Positions 55,153 to 64,000 of a stretch of 64,000 nucleotides of DNA are shown piece after piece. The notes below the pieces were generated by a model, which saw only the letters and a list, made by a program, of their open reading frames with translations, was not told the DNA's origin and searched no databases. The stretch's first letter is position 1. Each line of letters begins with the position of its first letter. The position numbers and the translations under genes are program-made. The stretch spans positions 235,876-299,875 of IMG/VR virus record IMGVR_UViG_3300036766_000194, one strand, 5' to 3'.

Positions 55153-57069
55153 ATGAGTAGTACGCAGAAGTTGTCTCCATATCAATCCTATATTCATAAA
55201 TCACGTTATGCGAGATGGTTACCCGAGAAGAAACGTAGAGAAGAATGGGAGGAGACAATTGATCGCTACTTGAAATTTTTTGCCCCTCGTATACCAAAAG
55301 CTGAGAGAATAGATGTTTTAGCAGAACTTAAAGAAGCTATTCTAAGTCTCAAAGTCATGCCTAGTATGCGGGCTATGATGACAGCTGGTGAAGCTCTAGA
55401 GAAGGACAATGTAGCTGGATATAACTGTTCCTACATAGCTATTGATGATCCTCGCGCCTTTGATGAAGCAATGTACATTAGTATGTGTGGAACTGGGGTA
55501 GGATTCTCCGTTGAGCGTCAATATGTAAACAAGATGCCCACGATTGCAGAAGAATTCTTTACCACTAACACAGTCATCAAGATAAAAGATTCTAAGATTG
55601 GTTGGGCTTCTGGTTTTAAAGAACTCATCCAGCTTCTTTATGTAGGATTGATTCCTTCTTGGGATCTAAGTTTAGTTCGTGAAGCGGGTGCCCCTTTAAA
55701 AACTTTTGGTGGTAGGGCATCAGGACCTGCTCCTCTAGATAATCTTTTTAAATTCACTGTGTCTGTATTCAAGAAAGCAGCGGGAAGAAAACTAAATTCA
55801 CTTGAATGTCATGACTTGATGTGTAAGATAGCTGATGTTGTGGTAAGTGGGGGTGTTCGTCGTTCGGCTATGATTAGCCTTTCTAACTTATCGGATGACC
55901 GTATGCGTAACGCCAAAAACGGTCAATGGTGGATAGAAGATGGACAACGTGCTTTAGCAAATAATTCCATAGCTTATACAGAGGGTCGTCCCGAGCCTGT
56001 AATATTCTTCCGTGAATTTGGCACTCTCATTGAATCTAAATCTGGTGAACGTGGTATGTTTAGCCGTGTTGGAGCCCAAAATCAAGCTAAGAGAACAGGT
56101 CGTCGTAAATGGGAGAATGTGGAATTCGGAACAAATCCTTGCGGTGAAATTATTCTTCGTCCTATGGGATTCTGTAATTTAACCGAGGTTGTCGTTCGCA
56201 CTGAGGATACCCTAGACTCTCTTAAGAATAAGATTCGTCTAGCAACTATTTTAGGAACACTTCAGTCCACTCTGACAGAATTTCGTTATCTCCGTAAGGC
56301 TTGGCAGAAGAATGCCGAGGAAGAACGGCTTCTTGGAGTGTCTCTTACTGGTATCATGGACCACCCAACACTCTCGTCGTTGAAGGAACCAGAAGTCTTG
56401 GGCAAAGTACTTCGTCAATTGAAACAAATGGCTATTGACACAAACATAGAATGGGCGGACAAGCTGAGTATCAATCCCTCCGTTTCCATTACTTGTGTTA
56501 AGCCTTCAGGAACGGTTTCTCAGCTGGTAAACAGTTCCAGTGGCATTCACACTAGATGGAGCCGTTACATCATGAGAAGCGTCCGTAATGATAAGAAGGA
56601 CCCATTAGGAGCCATGTTAAAGACCCTTGGGATACCTTGGGAGGCCGATGTTACAAAACCCAACGATGTAGATGTTTTTTATTTCCCTCTTGAATCCCCA
56701 GAGAAGTCCGTTACACGCACGGAACGTAATGCTATTCAACAGTTGGAACTTTATCTCATTTATAAGCAGAATTGGTGTGAGCATAATCCCTCTTGCACCA
56801 TATATGTTCAGGATGATGAGTGGGTCGATGTTGCTGCCTGGGTGTATAGGAATTTTGCGGAGATTGGTGGAATCAGCTTCCTCCCTCATTCCGAGCACAT
56901 CTATCGGCAAGCTCCCTTCCAAGAACTTACGGAGGAGGAGTACAGGAAAGCTCTAGAAACATTTCCCAAGGACATTGACTGGAGTCGTTTGCCAGAGTTT
57001 GAAAAAGAAGACCACACAACTTCAACGAAAGAATTGGCCTGTTCTGCAAATGCTTGTGAGCTAATTTAG
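55153..57069 (+). CDS. nrdJ: class II (B12-dependent) ribonucleotide reductase
   Basis: SRYARW, MPSMR, YNCS, GGVRRSA, TNPCGEI, CVKPSGT, C-terminal CSANAC; no beta-subunit gene adjacent. Confidence 0.85.
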   Translation: MSSTQKLSPYQSYIHKSRYARWLPEKKRREEWEETIDRYLKFFAPRIPKAERIDVLAELKEAILSLKVMPSMRAMMTAGEALEKDNVAGYNCSYIAIDDPRAFDEAMYISMCGTGVGFSVERQYVNKMPTIAEEFFTTNTVIKIKDSKIGWASGFKELIQLLYVGLIPSWDLSLVREAGAPLKTFGGRASGPAPLDNLFKFTVSVFKKAAGRKLNSLECHDLMCKIADVVVSGGVRRSAMISLSNLSDDRMRNAKNGQWWIEDGQRALANNSIAYTEGRPEPVIFFREFGTLIESKSGERGMFSRVGAQNQAKRTGRRKWENVEFGTNPCGEIILRPMGFCNLTEVVVRTEDTLDSLKNKIRLATILGTLQSTLTEFRYLRKAWQKNAEEERLLGVSLTGIMDHPTLSSLKEPEVLGKVLRQLKQMAIDTNIEWADKLSINPSVSITCVKPSGTVSQLVNSSSGIHTRWSRYIMRSVRNDKKDPLGAMLKTLGIPWEADVTKPNDVDVFYFPLESPEKSVTRTERNAIQQLELYLIYKQNWCEHNPSCTIYVQDDEWVDVAAWVYRNFAEIGGISFLPHSEHIYRQAPFQELTEEEYRKALETFPKDIDWSRLPEFEKEDHTTSTKELACSANACELI

Positions 57070-57098
57070 AGCTTTCCCCTACCAGTGGAGAAACCCAT

Positions 57099-57503
57099 TT
57101 GGTTGACAAAGAGAACATCATCTACGGTTACAGTCAGGGGTGTTTGAAATGTCTGGGAAAACGACACCGAGGTCAGAATAATGGCAATTGGAAGGGATAT
57201 AGAGAAATTCCCGTATCATACTTCTATTCTCTCAAAGAAGGAGCATTGGCTCGTGGCATTTCGTTTGAGGTACTAATAGAAGAGATACAGAATCTCTGGG
57301 AGAAGAGCGGCGGATATTGCGCTTTGACTGGTTGGAAGATTGAAATAGGTAAAACCGCTTCTCTAGACAGAATACAGAGTGAGGACTCCTATAAGAAAGA
57401 GAATCTTCAGTGGGTGCACAAGGATATAAACCGTATGAAAAATAACTATTCCCAGGATCGGTTTATTGAAGTCTGCCGTGCGGTTGCGGAAAGGACGAAT
57501 TAA
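57099..57503 (+). CDS. HNH-type homing endonuclease (possibly N-truncated)
   Basis: CALTG...ASLDRI.S...Y...N.QWVH..IN.MK. Confidence 0.75.
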   Translation: MVDKENIIYGYSQGCLKCLGKRHRGQNNGNWKGYREIPVSYFYSLKEGALARGISFEVLIEEIQNLWEKSGGYCALTGWKIEIGKTASLDRIQSEDSYKKENLQWVHKDINRMKNNYSQDRFIEVCRAVAERTN

Positions 57504-57506
57504 GGC

Positions 57507-57785
57507 ATGAAACAGATACTTGTTTTCAAGGGCCGTCGTAAGAGCGATGGCAAGATTATCGAGCAGCCATACCCGGTGGAGATGGAGCAACCCTCCCACG
57601 CCCCGGCCATCGCCGCCGCGTTACTCCAGAAGATGTTCGCCCTGACTGGAGTAGTGGGCATGGATTCCGATGCGACAGACCGGGTGATACTGATCCCTGC
57701 TCATTCTTGCGATCAAATTTGGTGTGATATTCCGAGCATCATCCTAGTAGATGCTCTCGAAGGACAGGAACTTATCAGACCATGA
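57507..57785 (+). CDS. hypothetical protein
   Basis: ATGA-coupled to the next gene. Confidence 0.6.
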   Translation: MKQILVFKGRRKSDGKIIEQPYPVEMEQPSHAPAIAAALLQKMFALTGVVGMDSDATDRVILIPAHSCDQIWCDIPSIILVDALEGQELIRP

Positions 57786-58396
57786 AGATTGCGTTCTGTG
57801 GAACGTCTTCCGTGGGGAAGACAACCCTTGCCAAACTCGTTGCTAAGAAATTGAACCTTCCCATTCTAACGGACAAGGATCTTCATCGTGAGGTCTTCAC
57901 CCTCATGGCCGAGCAGGGGCACCCGGTTTCCACAGAATATTTTCCTGGAATGACGCGTCAGGAGCACGTTGATTTTGAACGCCATGTTTGGCTCTGTCGT
58001 CAGGACGCCCTGCGCCGCTTAGGAAATGACTGGATCACCGACGAATCACCCATCGATTTCATCAATTGGTTCTACATCGTCTGTGGCCCGTACCCGGAGC
58101 ACATGAGTGCCGACGAGTTCCGCTTCTTCAAGAACTGTTTTCTGAAAGAACTCCCACATTATGATCTGATCGTGTATCTCCCGGTGGGTGTTCTCCCCGT
58201 TGAAAATGACAATCGCCGCTTCACCAATAGCGTGAGCCTGGAGTTCTGGGACAATGCTATCCGCGGACTGCTTTTCAAGCTCTCGGATGATTTGGGGAGT
58301 CGTCTTCTAATCGTCCCGCGTGAGACCACGGACCTTGAAGCGCGTGCTGCTTTAGTTGTTGAGACCGTTGAGCTTCTTGTAAAGCACTGCGTCTAA
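57782..58396 (+). CDS. AAA_28/NadR-type P-loop nucleotide kinase
   Basis: MKIAFCGTSSVGKTTLA, WITDESPID, YDLIVYLP...ENDNRR. Confidence 0.75.
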   Translation: MKIAFCGTSSVGKTTLAKLVAKKLNLPILTDKDLHREVFTLMAEQGHPVSTEYFPGMTRQEHVDFERHVWLCRQDALRRLGNDWITDESPIDFINWFYIVCGPYPEHMSADEFRFFKNCFLKELPHYDLIVYLPVGVLPVENDNRRFTNSVSLEFWDNAIRGLLFKLSDDLGSRLLIVPRETTDLEARAALVVETVELLVKHCV

Positions 58397-58768
58397 CGGC
58401 GTCCAGAATTGAAACCAATCAGAAACGGTATCATATCTTACGGGATTTTCTTCGTCTTCTTCTATGTGTAAACTATATCTTTCTTGCTTGTAAGTGTAGA
58501 CATGAAGACCTACAATTAGACAATCTTCTACGTGTGAATTAGGAGTGAGTTTCTCCGGAAGCCCTAAGTAAGCAACGATAGGAAAAGTAAAGATAATACA
58601 GTTGAGGTTATCTTTATCGTTGTTAAAACTAATCCTGACCTTCTTACTATCTTGGGTGAAACTATCTAGAACAGAATATTGGTAATCTCCAGTGGAAAGC
58701 TCTTTACATATAGTTTGAAGGTCTGACACCGATACAAGGTAGGCTTGGTCTACTTCCATTTTTACCAT
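58352..58768 (-). CDS. hypothetical protein
   Basis: 138-aa ORF downstream of the AADT gene. Confidence 0.5.
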   Translation of the reverse strand: MVKMEVDQAYLVSVSDLQTICKELSTGDYQYSVLDSFTQDSKKVRISFNNDKDNLNCIIFTFPIVAYLGLPEKLTPNSHVEDCLIVGLHVYTYKQERYSLHIEEDEENPVRYDTVSDWFQFWTPLDAVLYKKLNGLNN

Positions 58769-58891
58769 TCCAAAACATTCAGTAAAGCCACGGAATCGGT
58801 TTTAAGAAGAGAGCGAAACACATTCTTTATTCTATGAACAGAATAATTACAATTAGGAATTTCCGGTTTTGTCATTTTGTACCTGCTCCTA

Positions 58892-60070
58892 TCAGTCATT
58901 TACTCTCCCGTAAATCCTGTCATTGTATCTGTTTTTGAATACCGGATCCCACTCATCCATCATTACTGGGCAACCTGTTTCTCTAAAGTGATTCTGTTTT
59001 TCTGCTTTCACCCCAATATCTGTGGGATTAAATTCTAATAATAAATGAGCAGGAAGATTTTCTTTTCTGGCGTCCCAAAATTCAGAAAAATCATTCTCTG
59101 GCCAATCTGACTCTGCCTTCTTAATACGGTTGTATAGCATGTCTGTATAAACATTAGGATAACGACGGTTGGGGCGGTACCAACTCTTATAGGTACAGAA
59201 CGTGCTCTCTAAGGTGAAGTAGGAGACATCATGGAAGTAAGGCTTATCCTTCATACGTTCTTTTGCTTCCTTCAAAAGCTCTGCAGCTTCCTTCTCTAAC
59301 CAAGATAGCATCTCGGGAGTATACTTCCCGTCAAACCTAGTGGTGTTTGAATCGTGCCAATCCAAGTCATCCCTTCCTAAGACTTTTGCCAAACCATTAC
59401 GATGAGATTTACTGCCGCTCATATCATCTAGAAACAGCTGATCACAATCTATGTTAAAACGCATGGCTCGTAGATACTCTAGATACGAGAAGGAACTCAA
59501 TCTTCCAAAACTGTAAAAGTTCTTTCTGACCTCTTCCCAGGCTTTACGGAAATTTTGGTAAGGATCAGAAGTTCCCATGAAAGTTGAAAAATATTCTTCC
59601 TGACTATCCTTACAATGATGTTTGTACTCAGTCACAGCTTTGATGAAGTTCCTCTTATTTTTAACCCTGTCCATGTCAAATGCTAGACGTTTCCATTCAG
59701 CATTGAACCAAGTGGTGAGAGCAGAAATATCCAGGGTAGATAAATCAGGGAAGTGATTGAAGATTATCTTAGAGGTTAAAGGATTTTGTGTATGCCCGTT
59801 TAAGTAGGCAAACCAGAGTCGTTGCTCCGCATCCCAATTGTATTTCTTATAAAGAAATGGCATTAGTAGGTAGACCAGGCCAGGGTGGAGATGATATTTG
59901 CAATGAAATTCGTAGAAGCGGAGGAAGACTTCGCGGCGGTAACGAGGATGACGGAAGTCCATCCCGTATTCAAGATCCGTAACTTCGGGCACGTAGTTTA
60001 GGTCAGACCAACGTCCTATAGTTGTGTGAGAAACATCGGGATAAAAATTAAGCATGAGGCCTACTCCCAA
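58892..60070 (-). CDS. amino acid:DNA transferase (aGPT-Pplase2 / AADT)
   Basis: DFR.P.YRREVFLRFY...HPG.VY, WFAYLNG.TQN, FGRLSSFSYLEYL, GS.SHRNGL, FTLES..CTYK...RYP..Y.D. Confidence 0.85.
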   Translation of the reverse strand: MGVGLMLNFYPDVSHTTIGRWSDLNYVPEVTDLEYGMDFRHPRYRREVFLRFYEFHCKYHLHPGLVYLLMPFLYKKYNWDAEQRLWFAYLNGHTQNPLTSKIIFNHFPDLSTLDISALTTWFNAEWKRLAFDMDRVKNKRNFIKAVTEYKHHCKDSQEEYFSTFMGTSDPYQNFRKAWEEVRKNFYSFGRLSSFSYLEYLRAMRFNIDCDQLFLDDMSGSKSHRNGLAKVLGRDDLDWHDSNTTRFDGKYTPEMLSWLEKEAAELLKEAKERMKDKPYFHDVSYFTLESTFCTYKSWYRPNRRYPNVYTDMLYNRIKKAESDWPENDFSEFWDARKENLPAHLLLEFNPTDIGVKAEKQNHFRETGCPVMMDEWDPVFKNRYNDRIYGRVND

Positions 60071-60962
60071 TTATCCAGTATAAACTCTTGTCATTCAGAT
60101 ACGGACGAAACTCGTCCAGATGGTCTTTCATGTAGCACCACGTTTTCGCTTCATATCTTGGATGGAATTTCAAACCATCATAGTTAAATTCTTTCAGATC
60201 TTCATACGAGGTGTAGCCCGAATCTATCAAGTCATGTTCAATGAAATTGTAGGGAAGAGGGAGGGCATCCCCAGTCACCTTGCGAATTATGTCTAGACGT
60301 TCATTTGTCCAACGTTGGTGCTTTGCTATGTTACCCATGATGCGGAATAAGATAATGTTTTTCAGGGAAGCGGGACGGAACCTTGCAATGCCATAAAGAA
60401 TAGATGTAAGAGAATTACAACTACCCGCAGGGATTAGAAGATTTTCAATGTGGGAGGGTATGTTGCGAACTTGTTCACTTCCCACTCTATGAAAGCCCTC
60501 CACCCGCGCCGGGTCATTAACTTTGTGTTCTACTGTGATGTTGGTTTCTATATGAAGCCATCCACGTTCGTTGGCAAATTTCTTTGCCTGTGCGTTGAGA
60601 TTGCCCGCGTAGCCAGGATTAACGTGTTGTATGACGGCACCACTTGCTTTGGCCGATTCGATGCTCTCATATTTAGAGGGAGCATCGGTATTCTTCCCGC
60701 CTGTAAATTGAACACACTTCATCCCGTAGTGCTTGGCGCAAGCCGCAACCATTGCGTGTTGGGGAGACCCGCCAACGGCTCCTGATGAAACCCCAGGGAA
60801 GGGACGTTCGTTAAAAAGCCAGATCAATTGTCGGAATTTGCTGCCGTTGTTGACCCCGTCAGGACTGTATAAGTCGTCTCTTTTGAACCACATTCCGCCA
60901 ATGCTTTGAACGGGAGTAAGGTCCAGTAAGTAGTCTTCCCATTTGGCTATGATGTTGTTCAT
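60048..60962 (-). CDS. PLP-dependent enzyme (fold II) of thymidine hypermodification, probable decarboxylase
   Basis: LTPVQ....WFKRDDL......GSK.RQ, SPQ, IPAGSCNS...IL.G, HPRYEAK..., LYWI; coupled to the AADT gene. Confidence 0.8.
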   Translation of the reverse strand: MNNIIAKWEDYLLDLTPVQSIGGMWFKRDDLYSPDGVNNGSKFRQLIWLFNERPFPGVSSGAVGGSPQHAMVAACAKHYGMKCVQFTGGKNTDAPSKYESIESAKASGAVIQHVNPGYAGNLNAQAKKFANERGWLHIETNITVEHKVNDPARVEGFHRVGSEQVRNIPSHIENLLIPAGSCNSLTSILYGIARFRPASLKNIILFRIMGNIAKHQRWTNERLDIIRKVTGDALPLPYNFIEHDLIDSGYTSYEDLKEFNYDGLKFHPRYEAKTWCYMKDHLDEFRPYLNDKSLYWIIGSRPHA

Positions 60963-61122
60963 ACTCTACTATAATACTAGAAGTCCATCAATTCCACCTA
61001 TTTCCCCAACTGGGAGAAAACATTGGGAGATACAAATCGCTAATTAATACCCTACTCAATCTAGCAAAGATTTTAATCCTAACCTATTCTAGAGTATTAG
61101 TGTAGAATACCACTGAGGAAAC

Positions 61123-63531
61123 ATGCCCACTATTTACCCCTATACATTTCCAGCATATCGAAATCTTCGTTACTGGAAAATTGGAGACACCGACCACGAT
61201 CCTATTGCTCGTATCATTCAACAAAGAGGTACTTCCAACCCTGAACTTTTTTATGTTCTTCCTCCTTGGTTTGATCTTCCTTTTGGAGATAAACATCTTC
61301 ATGAACATCTGATTCGTAATTGTGGAGTCTTGCGAGTTCCCCCAGGCGAGATCAAGGATCCGTATCCTGGTTCTATTGAATTAAAACCTACTGCTGAGGA
61401 ATGGTTTACTCATCCTAGTTGGGTTTCAGATACAGCATTTATTGATTTTTTGTCTCGTGAGATAAATGGACTACGTTTCGGTAAAGTCCGAGAAGACACA
61501 TTTCCTTTGCGGAAAGAGCAAGAAGGCTGCGTAAGCCGTTCTCTTACAGCATTCGAAGAAGGTGCAAAACAAATTCTCTGGGATTTGAAGCCGCGCTTCG
61601 GAAAAACTATTACTGCTTGCGAACTGGCGCGGCGCGCAAAGTACCAGAAGGTGCTTGTTCTCACTTGGCACCCGCAAGTGAAAGATGAATGGGAAAAACC
61701 AGTCAGACGGCACGTAAACTTTGTGGACCATGAGTTGGTTGTATTGGCTGAAGAAGACCGGACCCAACCCGGTTTTGAGAAACCCACCTTTGTCTTCTTA
61801 TCCTTTCAGCTTCTTACGAACCTCAAAAACGTTGAGATTTTGGCGTGGGTCAAGTCGGTGTCCTGGGACCTTATCATTCTGGACGAAGCCGATTATGGGA
61901 TGACGACCTCCAACTCTCTTCAAGTTTTGAACAGTGTACAATACGCCCGTAGGCTGGATCTCACCGGGACCGCCTTCCGCATAACACAAGCATATGATCA
62001 CACCGAACGTTGGACCTTGATTGATGAACGCAAGGCCCACCCGGAACTGCCGAAAGTTGAAATTTATCTGCTGAATTTGGCGGCGAAGGTTGCTGAGGAC
62101 GTCGAACTTAACAAGTTCACCACAGAGGAAGGATACACGGCGCTCAAGTTCTTCAGTGATTCAAAATGGGTCCGTCATTTCCTTAACTGGCTGGCGGCCT
62201 CTAATGACAGGAACTATGGACTGAACGGCCCGTTGATTGAAGGTGGGGATCATATGCTTTGGAAACTCCCCGATGTCCGTAGCTGTGACACAGTAAAGAA
62301 GGAACTAGAAAAGCATCTTCGTTTTCGTGATTATGTGCCGATCCCTGCATATGATGATAACCGGGGGATGGGGGATGACACTCTTTTTGAAGCAAAGCAA
62401 CTCATCGCGGGGGCTGAACTTGCTGGTGAGAAAAGCATCATTCTCACCTGCGGGAAACTGCTGCGTGGAGTAACCGTTCCCGAACTTACCGACATTCTAT
62501 TTCTTGACGACGGCAGTTCGGCGGCGGAATACATCCAAACCGGGTATAGATCACAGAGTCCCTGGGACAGTAAACACAAACCCGTTTGTCGCTGGTGGGA
62601 CTTTAACCCCAACCGGGGATTGACTGTCTTCGATCGTCTTCGGGATGAATATTGTGCACCGGGTGGACAGGATGTTCAAGAGTTTCTTGATTGCTTCAAT
62701 GTATTTGACTTCTTTGGCACAGGTTATAGGAAACTTGATGGAGTTGAATTTCAACGGCAATTGGATTCTTTGTTTGCCTTGGAAGCTACACGCGGCTTCC
62801 GTGCGAGTTCCTTGGCTAATCTTGAAGAGATCTCTAATCTCACCGCCGATGACTTGGCTATTCTTAGTGGGCTGCCAGAAGGGAATTTTGTAGATCCAAC
62901 TCTGTCCTTGAACGAAGCCGAAGTTGAAAATGGGAAAAACTTCGAGTCGCGTACTCAGCAAGAGAAAGAGAAAGAACAGAAGGAAAAAGTCGAGAACTTT
63001 GAAAAACAGTTGGAGACTTTGTGTCAGCAACTTCCCGTTCTTTTGTATTTCGGGAAACGAGGCGGCAATTTCCGCTCATTGATTACGGAACTTGACTCTG
63101 TTCTTGTTAGGGATTCTATGGGGTTTAACGTGGCCTTCATACTCCGTCTTTTGAATAGCGGGGTTTTGCGTGAGGAGAGGCTAGACCGAGCGGTACGTCG
63201 CTTTAAGGAAACCCCCACCGCTTTGTTGCCTTACATCACGAAAGTTAGTGGGGAAGTTGTAACTCCTCAAGGAGTTGCTGAGGATATGTTAGCGATGTTA
63301 GACCCCGCCGTTTGGTCTGACGACACGGTGTTTGTTGACCCTGTTTGCAAATCTGGGGTGTTTCTGGTTGGTTGTTATGAGAGGATGGTAAAGGCGGGAC
63401 AGACTCATGACCAAGCAATCTCTAGGCTTCGGGCGGTTGTTCCTGAAAACAGCCTATTCTTCAAAGTTACTTGTCGAACTTTAGAACTCTTTTGTGGGAT
63501 TGAACATCCCGAAAGTATTATGATCTTATGA
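61123..63531 (+). CDS. T5orf172/GIY-YIG-like nuclease + SF2 (ResIII) helicase + N-terminal part of an adenine methyltransferase
   Basis: IY.Y...KIGDT...RI.QQ...EWF; KPRFGKT, DEAD, LTGT, RGVTVP, YIQ..YR.Q; EVVTP and DPVCKSGVFL (motif I). Confidence 0.8.
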   Translation: MPTIYPYTFPAYRNLRYWKIGDTDHDPIARIIQQRGTSNPELFYVLPPWFDLPFGDKHLHEHLIRNCGVLRVPPGEIKDPYPGSIELKPTAEEWFTHPSWVSDTAFIDFLSREINGLRFGKVREDTFPLRKEQEGCVSRSLTAFEEGAKQILWDLKPRFGKTITACELARRAKYQKVLVLTWHPQVKDEWEKPVRRHVNFVDHELVVLAEEDRTQPGFEKPTFVFLSFQLLTNLKNVEILAWVKSVSWDLIILDEADYGMTTSNSLQVLNSVQYARRLDLTGTAFRITQAYDHTERWTLIDERKAHPELPKVEIYLLNLAAKVAEDVELNKFTTEEGYTALKFFSDSKWVRHFLNWLAASNDRNYGLNGPLIEGGDHMLWKLPDVRSCDTVKKELEKHLRFRDYVPIPAYDDNRGMGDDTLFEAKQLIAGAELAGEKSIILTCGKLLRGVTVPELTDILFLDDGSSAAEYIQTGYRSQSPWDSKHKPVCRWWDFNPNRGLTVFDRLRDEYCAPGGQDVQEFLDCFNVFDFFGTGYRKLDGVEFQRQLDSLFALEATRGFRASSLANLEEISNLTADDLAILSGLPEGNFVDPTLSLNEAEVENGKNFESRTQQEKEKEQKEKVENFEKQLETLCQQLPVLLYFGKRGGNFRSLITELDSVLVRDSMGFNVAFILRLLNSGVLREERLDRAVRRFKETPTALLPYITKVSGEVVTPQGVAEDMLAMLDPAVWSDDTVFVDPVCKSGVFLVGCYERMVKAGQTHDQAISRLRAVVPENSLFFKVTCRTLELFCGIEHPESIMIL

Positions 63532-64000
63532 AGTTGAAGGACTCAATCCGAGAACAACTGGCCACGCCGCGTAAGGTGATTGCGGTTGGAAATCCTCCGG
63601 TATCAGATCGGGTACCACCATCGCCTCGTACTCTTTATCACAAGTTCATAGAGACGGCTCAAAAGTTCGCAGATGAAATTCTCTTTGTGATCCCCTCCCG
63701 TTGGTACGCCGGGGGCAAGGGATTAGACGGATTTCGCAAAGCCACGCTCACCGAAGGCCACGTATACCAATTACGTGACTTCCGGGATTCTCAGACCATC
63801 TTCCCAATTATTTCTGGCGGCGTTTGTTTCTTTCACTGGAAGAAGGACTACACGGGGCTGTGCAACTGGTCCAATGACCAAGGGAACAAAGTTCAGCGTG
63901 ATCTGGCTGAATACGATGTTTTGGTGCGGGACTTAACCGGGCGGGAAATTCTCAAGAAGGTATTGGCGAAACACCCAGGACCGTTCTTAAACTCAACGAC
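63528..64000 (+). CDS. Eco57I-like methyltransferase/specificity subunit (runs off the window; not in the ORF track); motif IV reads NPPV
   Basis: ATGA-coupled. Reads MKLKDS...VGNPPVSDRVPPSPRTLYHKFIE...IPSRWYAGGKGLDGFR...IFP.ISGGVCFF.W. Confidence 0.8.
   Translation, partial: MKLKDSIREQLATPRKVIAVGNPPVSDRVPPSPRTLYHKFIETAQKFADEILFVIPSRWYAGGKGLDGFRKATLTEGHVYQLRDFRDSQTIFPIISGGVCFFHWKKDYTGLCNWSNDQGNKVQRDLAEYDVLVRDLTGREILKKVLAKHPGPFLNST

Noticed and set aside
55153-57503. Intein or intron in the RNR gene carrying the HNH gene
   Set aside because: The RNR is continuous to its C-terminal Cys pair; the HNH gene is free-standing downstream.
1-64000. Genome-wide TGA recoding (code 4 or 25)
   Set aside because: ORFs up to 2002 aa are intact in code 11, coding density is high, and TGA acts as a stop in ATGA overlaps.

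Overview
A 64-kb piece of a large, AT-rich, contractile-tailed (myovirus-like) phage genome; the host cannot be determined from this window. The centre (about 4.5-52.5 kb, mostly minus strand) is a tail/baseplate module. It contains probable chaperones, a tape measure protein, hub and spike, gp25- and gpJ-like wedge proteins, two giant Ig-repeat proteins (2002 and 1796 aa, the latter ending in a Hint domain), several fibre/decoration proteins, a three-gene plus-strand island and cell-wall hydrolases. Both flanks carry parts of a thymidine hypermodification pathway: aGPT-Pplase1/5-hmdU-kinase helical protein, HAD phosphatase and P-loop kinase on the left; amino acid:DNA transferase and PLP enzyme on the right. 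The right end also has a DnaB-like helicase, a YdaU/DUF1376-like initiator, a class II RNR, an HNH gene and a GIY-YIG/SF2-helicase/Eco57I-like methyltransferase system. The best candidates for something undescribed are: (1) a short-armed tRNA with a UCA (opal-reading) anticodon, followed directly by a TGA-interrupted ORF, in a genome where 0 of 30 virion-module genes but about half of the other genes end in TGA; (2) a restriction-modification-like system whose NPPY motif is scrambled by three compensating 1-nt insertions, next to the T-hypermodification genes; (3) a Hint-capped giant Ig fibre and a ~200-aa module inserted into three fibres. All family assignments are by visual motif recognition; no searches were run.
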